NCBI GenBank assembly: GCA_045805065.1
Contig: JBJMMA010000195.1
Coordinates: 1-19,447 of the forward strand
Reading direction: 5' to 3'
Length of the DNA stretch: 19,447 bases
DNA from: Bdellovibrionia bacterium
GTDB taxonomy: Bacteria; Bdellovibrionota; UBA1018
The notes beneath the pieces were generated by a model. It saw only the letters and a program-made list of their open reading frames with translations. It was not told where the DNA came from and searched no databases. A program made the position numbers and the translations under genes. This document shows positions 8,563 to 14,732 of this stretch, piece after piece; the first letter of the stretch is position 1; the number at the start of each line of letters is the position of its first letter.

Positions 8563-8900
8563 AACCTAACGTCCTCGTCATTAAGCCAACGTACCGCGAT
8601 CGAGGGGCATGACTTGATGGGTGGATAGATCTATTTAAGCTCCTAACTAATTATCGGTCAGAACTTTTCAAAAAAGTAGCTTTGTGAAGCAAAAATGAAG
8701 CAGTAATATCAATACCTTGCAAAGATGTTTTAGTCATCTTAACTATTCCAAATATCAAACTCGAAACTCAACTAAAGTTAGATAATTTGTTAAATAATCC
8801 ACTAGCTTAAACTAACTAGTGCTTTCTCATGATTGATCACTAAACTTTCTTACACATCATCACGATAAATGAGTGTCGACATAAATTAGATACAAGTCGA
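8563..8900. promoter_or_regulatory. AT-rich intergenic region upstream of the fibre operon; contains a sigma28-like -10 element (ACCGATAA, minus strand, 8651-8658)
   Basis: Visibly more AT-rich than the flanking genes. ACCGATAA matches 7/8 of GCCGATAA, but no well-spaced TAAA -35 was found. Confidence 0.35.
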
Positions 8901-8921
8901 AAAACGAATAATAGCAGCCGC

Positions 8922-9230
8922 GCAACAGGCTACACCAGCGCCACCGACTGCGTGGCTTCATCAGCAGCGCCAACAGCAAACCATTATCCATCAGCTGCTC
9001 TGATGCACTCGAGCGGCAGACTTCTCGTAGCCTATGGCAACTCGACTGGGCCTGTAAACGAGATCTACAGCTATCCGGTAACATCCACTTCGATTGGAGC
9101 GGGAGTCTCCGCGTGCAATAACATCAGCGTTCTTCAAGGCATCTCTTATATGGCCGAGATGCCTGACGCGACGATCCTTGTAGCTTCGATGGCATCGACC
9201 TTCAACACCATCGAGCAGTTTAAATACTAA
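8922..9230 (+). pseudogene. Start-less remnant of a secreted beta-propeller-like protein
   Basis: The frame is open from 8844 (after TAA at 8841-8843) with no ATG, RBS or signal peptide before the protein-like text ATGYTSATDCVASSAAPTANHYPSAALMHSSGRLLVAYGNSTG...ILVASMASTFNTIEQFKY. Composition shifts abruptly near 8910, and the stop abuts the neighbouring gene's stop. Confidence 0.55.
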
Positions 9231-9785
9231 TTAGACTTTGCCTTTCTTTGGCCGTTTTATCTGCGGCCCGCTCTGACCAGGCCCGTGAGTTGCGATGCTC
9301 CCAGGCGAACCATGATTGGACATGCCCGCCGCAGTACCAAATCCGGTCATCCCGGCAGCCGAGGCATCTGTAGGCTTTCCACGATCAGTGCCGCCAAAGC
9401 CCGCCGTTGTGCCTGAAGTGGCGCCTCCCGCATCGATCGACTTCCCGCTTACCGGAGTTGCCGACGGGACTTCATCCGGTGCTGCTTTTCCGCGTTCCAG
9501 ATTGGCCGAATCAGGAGATCTTGATTGGTCACCTGTCAGCTTGGGACCTCTGCGTTCTGACATACCAGGCATGGGCTCGAAGCTTTTCTTAAGGCTTTTC
9601 TCATGAAGCACTTCTTTTTCCGTCTCTACCATGTCCGCCAGGTCGCCACTTGACTCCGGAAGCTCTTGATCAGGCACAAGATAGAGATCTCTCTTGGGCT
9701 TGCCCATGACGGGCGAGGACTTATCGACACCGCTGGCGTCGGGGTCTCTTGGGCTGACTGATTTTTGAGCTGGATGCTTGGCCAT
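9231..9785 (-). CDS. Hypothetical low-complexity, probably intrinsically disordered protein
   Basis: 184 aa; strong GAGGAG RBS; rich in G/S/P/K/D/E with no hydrophobic core. G(T/M)T(A)GFG-like motif occurs twice; basic C-terminal tail. Confidence 0.7.
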   Translation of the reverse strand: MAKHPAQKSVSPRDPDASGVDKSSPVMGKPKRDLYLVPDQELPESSGDLADMVETEKEVLHEKSLKKSFEPMPGMSERRGPKLTGDQSRSPDSANLERGKAAPDEVPSATPVSGKSIDAGGATSGTTAGFGGTDRGKPTDASAAGMTGFGTAAGMSNHGSPGSIATHGPGQSGPQIKRPKKGKV

Positions 9786-9807
9786 AAAACTTGCTCCTCA
9801 TCAATAA

Positions 9808-9877
9808 ACTGAGAAAAGAATAGACTGAGAAAAGATTGAGAGTTTTAGGTGCAACGCGCGATCCAGCTGAGAAGAGA
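9808..9877. repeat. Direct repeats ACTGAGAAAAGA x2 (16-nt period) plus a degenerate third copy
   Basis: Exact copies at 9808-9819 and 9824-9835; GCTGAGAAGAGA at 9866-9877. All lie upstream of the 9785 start. Confidence 0.6.
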
Positions 9878-9899
9878 TCTTAAAGGCTCCCGCTTCCCG

Positions 9900-11450
9900 T
9901 CAAAATCCTTTATGAGCCCGATCGATCGAAAGCACGACGGTGAACTCCGTTCCTTCCTTCAAGTCGCTTCGGACTTCTATGCGGCCATGATGCGCATTGA
10001 TGATCCCTTGCACCAGCGACAATCCGATGCCCCACCCTTTTTTACTTCTCGTGACCTGCGATGAGCTTCGACGATAAGGCTCAAAGAGGTACGGGGTCTC
10101 GTCTTGACTGATCGGATTTCCCCAGTTTTTTACCGAAACGCGCGCAGTTTCGCCCTGCCTTTCCAGGCGAATCTCAATCGCAGTTTTATCAGATCCATAT
10201 TTTATGGCATTTGAAACCAAGTTCTCAAATACTCGCCGCAGCTGATAGCAGTCCCAGATACCTCTGACTGGAAAAGGCGGAAGCATCAGTCGGATCTGTC
10301 CATTCTTCTGACCCTTCATCTCGTCACAGACCGCCGAAAGAATTTCATTGAGATCACAACTTTTTAAAACCATCGGCAAAGACTGGCCCGCTCGTATCCT
10401 GTTTACGTCCAGCAAATCCTCAATCATGCGATGGGCTCGATCCAGGCTTTGAACGATTCTTGACGACAGCTCCGGCGCGATCTCAACTGGGGTCGGTTTC
10501 ATGCCCAGAATCTGGGCATTCATTCTTGCTGCTGAAAGTGGCGTCCTCAGATCATGAGTGATTGCGCTGACAAATTGCTCACGAAGCCGCTTTTCGGTCT
10601 CTAACTCCTCAATATATTTCTTTCTCTGGGAGATATCTTCAACGATAGCTATGAAATAAAGAGGAGCTCCATCGCAGTTCCGCATGATTGAGGCCGTGAG
10701 ATTGATCCAAACAAGACTTTGATCTTTCCTGATATAGCGTTTTTCCAGGCGATAGTTCTGAATTTCGCCAACGATGAGTCTTTGAACGAGCTCCAAGTCA
10801 GCACCAAGATCCGGCGGAAAAGTAATGTCTTGAAACCGGAGGCGCGAGAGCTCTTCTTTTGAGTAGCCCACGATTTCACTGAGCTTTCGGTTGACCCTGA
10901 CCCAGCGCCCATCCAGGCTCACGTGCGCAAGTCCCACCGCCGCAGCCTCGAAGGTTTGCCGATGCAGCTCTTCACTGAGCTTCAGTTGCTCAAAAACCCT
11001 CTCTTCCTTCGTCCGGGCAAGCTGAGCATAACTGACTGCTGAAACATGGATGGCACGCTGGATAAACTCAAGTATCACATCGCGTTCGTGCCGAGACAGC
11101 TCCACATTCGCATCATCAAGCGACTTGAAAATGATTCGAGACAAGATGCGGTATTCGGTTAGTACGTCATTCAATTCAAACTGCAGCAAGCCCAATCGCT
11201 CTGCGAAATCCTCTTGAGCGACAACCTGTGACACAACCGCTCTTGGATATTTTGCATCCAACGCATTAATTAGCTCATCAAGAAACTGCGGGAGCAAATC
11301 AATGAGTGCAGCACGAGAACGCGAGGCACCCGCGCTCAGCGTAGAACGTACTTGCCGCCCCCACTCCTGAAGAATGAATTCCTTTTCGTCATGCAGGAAA
11401 TCGCGAGCGGTCCGCTTGGATGAGATGGAAGCCGTGCTTCTTTCTTCCAT
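9900..11450 (-). CDS. Cytoplasmic PAS/PAC sensor histidine kinase with an N-terminal RsbRD_N-like helical domain
   Basis: PAS TFEAAAVGLAHVSLDGRWVRVNRKL...EKRYIRKDQSLVWINLT...EDISQRK; H-box ITHDLRTPL; N-box ENLVSNAIKY; G1 KNWGNPI; F-box LFEPY; G2 GWGIGL. No transmembrane segment. Confidence 0.93.
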   Translation of the reverse strand: MEERSTASISSKRTARDFLHDEKEFILQEWGRQVRSTLSAGASRSRAALIDLLPQFLDELINALDAKYPRAVVSQVVAQEDFAERLGLLQFELNDVLTEYRILSRIIFKSLDDANVELSRHERDVILEFIQRAIHVSAVSYAQLARTKEERVFEQLKLSEELHRQTFEAAAVGLAHVSLDGRWVRVNRKLSEIVGYSKEELSRLRFQDITFPPDLGADLELVQRLIVGEIQNYRLEKRYIRKDQSLVWINLTASIMRNCDGAPLYFIAIVEDISQRKKYIEELETEKRLREQFVSAITHDLRTPLSAARMNAQILGMKPTPVEIAPELSSRIVQSLDRAHRMIEDLLDVNRIRAGQSLPMVLKSCDLNEILSAVCDEMKGQKNGQIRLMLPPFPVRGIWDCYQLRRVFENLVSNAIKYGSDKTAIEIRLERQGETARVSVKNWGNPISQDETPYLFEPYRRSSSQVTRSKKGWGIGLSLVQGIINAHHGRIEVRSDLKEGTEFTVVLSIDRAHKGF

Positions 11451-11469
11451 CTTGCCTGGCTATGCATGC

Positions 11470-12297
11470 TTAAGGCCTATTGCAGTCGTTCTCTCGGACG
11501 GACCAAAGTTTTTCAGATTCTCGCTTGACTGCCATTTTGCAGGTTTTAAACAGCCCCCACATCTGCGCGATCGGAATCTGCTCATTTGATTCTGTATCCA
11601 ACCTGGCAATAAAAGTTCCGATGGGGAGGCCCTTAATCTCGACTGCCCCTGATTTTGCTTCCAAACTGAATCGAGATGGCAAAGGAGATCCATACTCCGC
11701 CGAATTGAGATCGGGCTGATTCACATCCAGCTCGAGCCTTTGCTTTTTGGCTGAGAATGAATCCATCAGGCGAATGAACATACGATTCGACCCGAAGCCA
11801 ACTGAGCAATGATGATTCAGCCAATTCTCATCAGCATTCCCGGACGGACTTTTGAAAGTGATATAAAATTGCAGAATCTGCTGGCTTGCACTCGGGAGTT
11901 GAGCCGGACTTTTCTTTCGATACAGCTCAAAAAAGCTACGGTACGCATTAACGATCTCTTTCACTCTGGCAGGCCTGATCTGAAATTCTATCCCGGATTT
12001 GAACTTCAAGTCACTCTTCAGATCGATTTGCTTGTTATCAGGCACTTTGACTGAAAAAGTTTCAAACTCCGGCACCGCTTTGGACTTCTTGTCGTTTTGA
12101 ACAATCCTGAAAGACCAGGATTCAGGACTTTCCGATACGTAACTCCAAAATGGGTTGGACGGGCCCTGGAACTCCACTGCATACAGGACTTTTTTTGGAT
12201 CTACCGTCGCATCTCCAGCATCCGGGTAGCAAGGATGGGCATAACAGGTCTGACTGAGCAAAAAAGCGAGTGAAAGTGCCGGAATTTTCTTGGTCAT
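11470..12297 (-). CDS. Hypothetical secreted protein
   Basis: ATG 12297 gives a Sec-type signal peptide (MTKKIPALSLAFLLSQTCYA); 275 aa; no recognisable domain. Confidence 0.65.
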   Translation of the reverse strand: MTKKIPALSLAFLLSQTCYAHPCYPDAGDATVDPKKVLYAVEFQGPSNPFWSYVSESPESWSFRIVQNDKKSKAVPEFETFSVKVPDNKQIDLKSDLKFKSGIEFQIRPARVKEIVNAYRSFFELYRKKSPAQLPSASQQILQFYITFKSPSGNADENWLNHHCSVGFGSNRMFIRLMDSFSAKKQRLELDVNQPDLNSAEYGSPLPSRFSLEAKSGAVEIKGLPIGTFIARLDTESNEQIPIAQMWGLFKTCKMAVKRESEKLWSVRENDCNRP

Positions 12298-12623
12298 TTT
12301 AAAAAGGGTAACAGCGACATTTTTCTTTATCAATGAGCCTGCCGGATTCAAACACGAAACCCAGTTTAAAAAATATTTAAACAAACAGGAATGAGCTAAT
12401 CATGTGGGATTATGCATGAAAAACCGATGACTGCATGCTCCTTGAGAAGTCAGCCAGGCGCACACCTATCGATTCGCCTATCTATTCATGCTCATTACTG
12501 TTAGTCATGCGCCCGTAAGTTCGTTTGCTACTATTGAGTCTGCGGGCATAGTGCCCATATCCTCGTTAGCGGCTCCCTGGCCTTGGCCGATTTTAAGCCT
12601 TGGCCAACCTTAAGGAGGTAATT

Positions 12624-12950
12624 ATGGGTAAGAAACTTTATGTGGGCAATCTGCCTTTCTCTGCAACCAATCAGATTCTCAGCGACACTTTCGCTCAATG
12701 CGGAACCGTTGAGTCTGCAACCATCATCATGGATCGCGACTCAGGTCGCTCCAAGGGCTTTGGTTTCGTAGAAATGTCCACGGAAGCAGAAGCAGCCGAT
12801 GCAATCTCCAAGTTCAACGGCGCAGATTATGACGGCCGCGCAATGACCGTCAATGAAGCTCGCCCAATGGCACCTCGCGAGAGCCGTGGTGGATTTGGCG
12901 GCGGAAATCGCGATCGCGGATTCTCCGGCGGACGCTCTTCCCGTTTCTAA
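12624..12950 (+). CDS. RRM RNA-binding protein with Gly/Arg-rich tail
   Basis: Perfect AAGGAGG RBS before ATG 12624. RNP2 KLYVGNL, RNP1 KGFGFVEM and an RGG-type tail. Confidence 0.96.
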   Translation: MGKKLYVGNLPFSATNQILSDTFAQCGTVESATIIMDRDSGRSKGFGFVEMSTEAEAADAISKFNGADYDGRAMTVNEARPMAPRESRGGFGGGNRDRGFSGGRSSRF

Positions 12951-12965
12951 GATCTGACACTTTTT

Positions 12966-13016
12966 ATTGCGGCCGAAATGCAGGTGATCAACCTGTATCT
13001 CGGCCGCAGTACTTTT
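12966..13016. terminator. Long hairpin between convergent genes; likely terminator
   Basis: ATTGCGGCCGAAATGCAGGT (12966-12985) pairs with ACCTGTATCTCGGCCGCAGT (12991-13010): 20 bp with one mismatch and two G-U pairs, followed by ACTTTT. Confidence 0.75.
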
Positions 13017-13031
13017 CAGCGCTCGTTCTTT

Positions 13032-13832
13032 TCAGCGGGCGTTTAAGATAGCCTGGCTATAAAGCAATCTCTCCTGCTCTTTTAATTCAGTGATCTCAGA
13101 GATCTGCTCATCCGTCAGGGGTTGCCTAGCCCCACTCTCCTCGATCTGTCTCCAGCGCCGATAGATGGAATCCCCTGTCTTTTTCTTGGCCTCATACAAA
13201 GACCTCAAGTGGACTTGAATCTCTGCCCAGATCGGAGCCTCATCCTTCTTATGGGATGGGACAAGTACGACAGCTTGCAGATCGCGATAACCGTTAGTCT
13301 TAGGCTTCTCAAAGCGATCAAAAAACTTCACGTCGGGAAACCTTGAAGCGATCGCATCCTTCACTTGCTGAACCTGGCTCATTCGGTCGCAAATTAACGT
13401 GCCTCTTAAAATGTCCGTAAGAGCAGAAGTGTCGCCCAGAAGCTTCTCATCGACCTTGGACTGCATGCGATCCAGCTGTTTCAGGCTGACTGTGATTGCT
13501 TCTACTCCCGCGACTTTTCCAATCCTTCTGAGCGAGTCATCAAATCTCTTCTTTGAGGTCCGCGCTCTTGCATAGAGCTCATGAAGATCGTTTGTGGGCT
13601 GTTCAACGATGTTACCTTTTTCAGTGGGTCTGCGACGGCGCTCCAGACGAGCTGAGTACTGCTCAAGGATGGAACTGAAGCTTGAGACAATACAGGAGGC
13701 GTCTGAACGGTACGCCGTATCCGAGGCCAGCGCGACATGAGCGCCTAAGCCCTGCCACGCACACAGCAGCAGGGAGATCAGTCGAACTTGATTAGAGCGG
13801 CGGGCCAAACCAAATAAGCTCACCTTATTCAT
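13032..13832 (-). CDS. RelA/SpoT-like nucleotidyltransferase (small alarmone synthetase-like) with predicted signal peptide
   Basis: Synthetase-like motifs in the expected order: LKQLDRMQSK, TDILRGTLI, DRFEKPKTNGYRDL and AEIQVH. No HD hydrolase, TGS or ACT domain. N-terminus MNKVSLFGLARRSNQVRLISLLLCAWQGLGAHVALA. The start (13832 versus 13859) is uncertain. Confidence 0.78.
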   Translation of the reverse strand: MNKVSLFGLARRSNQVRLISLLLCAWQGLGAHVALASDTAYRSDASCIVSSFSSILEQYSARLERRRRPTEKGNIVEQPTNDLHELYARARTSKKRFDDSLRRIGKVAGVEAITVSLKQLDRMQSKVDEKLLGDTSALTDILRGTLICDRMSQVQQVKDAIASRFPDVKFFDRFEKPKTNGYRDLQAVVLVPSHKKDEAPIWAEIQVHLRSLYEAKKKTGDSIYRRWRQIEESGARQPLTDEQISEITELKEQERLLYSQAILNAR

Positions 13833-13901
13833 GCTAAAGTGCGCTGATTCACGTGGCAACCTCGGTATTCTGACTCTGGCGTCAAAATCTCGCCAGACAC
13901 T

Positions 13902-14513
13902 CTACTCAATCAGCCGAAAGCCGCTCCGAATTTCCTCTCTCGGCAATGCATCGAAGTGCCACCACTCGTGAGGAAGCTGGAGAAATCCGGCTTTTGTCAT
14001 CGCTCTGCGAAGCACCTGGCGATTTTCCCAATGCTCGCGCTTGAGTTCTCCGGTTCTGAGAAACTCCTCCTCAAATCTGGGCTGAGAGATGCGATGAAAG
14101 TAATCAAAACCGCTTCCCATATTCACCCATTCGCCCGCCTCATCGACGCAGGTCAGATCAACGGCAAGGCCATAATTATGAACCGATCCTTTGTCTGGAT
14201 TGGCGACATAGTCCTCTTGGTCCGTTCCTGCGACGTGATCCCAAAGCACTCTCTGGATCGAGCGAGGCCTGAGCGCATCGAGCACAAGGAACTTCCAATC
14301 GGGGCGCTCGCTCTTGAGATGAGAAACCGCTTTCTGAAGCTTTTCGGCAGCGACCTTGTGAAGAAATGCCTCATTGAACTCGCCGTAAACATTCCTGGCC
14401 ATAAAGTTGTCGACAGAGGCGTATTTCAGATCGATCAGGACACCAGGAAGACCTTGGAGATGGATAAAGTCAGGATCAGTTCGCAGGGCTTTCAAGGTTT
14501 GCGCAGAGTTCAT
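13902..14513 (-). CDS. ddpX: D-alanyl-D-alanine dipeptidase (peptidase M15D, VanX/DdpX family)
   Basis: IDLKYASVDNF, LDALRP, Zn motif SVHNYGLAVD, MGSGFDYF and EWWHF. Start taken as ATG 14513; no signal peptide. Confidence 0.92.
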   Translation of the reverse strand: MNSAQTLKALRTDPDFIHLQGLPGVLIDLKYASVDNFMARNVYGEFNEAFLHKVAAEKLQKAVSHLKSERPDWKFLVLDALRPRSIQRVLWDHVAGTDQEDYVANPDKGSVHNYGLAVDLTCVDEAGEWVNMGSGFDYFHRISQPRFEEEFLRTGELKREHWENRQVLRRAMTKAGFLQLPHEWWHFDALPREEIRSGFRLIE

Positions 14514-14627
14514 CTTGATGAGGAAATTAACCCTAAAACCCTGGCGTGTAAACACGGAGATAAAAAACACTTATAGTTTCCATAAGTTAAACCAGACTCC
14601 AAAGAGTTGTTCAAAGTCATTCATTAC

Positions 14628-14657
14628 TTGACTGTTTTAGTCCGTTTCTGATATCTT
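14628..14657 (+). promoter_or_regulatory. Candidate sigma70 promoter for the DUF3943 gene
   Basis: TTGACT (14628-14633), 18-nt spacer, TATCTT (14652-14657) with an extended TG at 14649-14650. Confidence 0.4.
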
Positions 14658-14732
14658 GCCTGGGCCGGAATGGACACTTTCCGCAACGCAGAAGCAGAGT
14701 TGAGTGTCGTGTAAACATTTGATGTGGAAACT

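Noticed and set aside
9808..9877. CRISPR-like array
   Set aside because: Repeats are only 12 bp with a 4-nt spacer, and there are no cas genes.
13902..14513. VanX-like gene as a vancomycin-resistance determinant
   Set aside because: No vanH, vanA/B or vanRS nearby; stand-alone M15D dipeptidases are common housekeeping or scavenging enzymes.
13956..14576. 206-aa plus-strand ORF
   Set aside because: Antisense to ddpX, which has all catalytic motifs; the translation shows no recognisable features.
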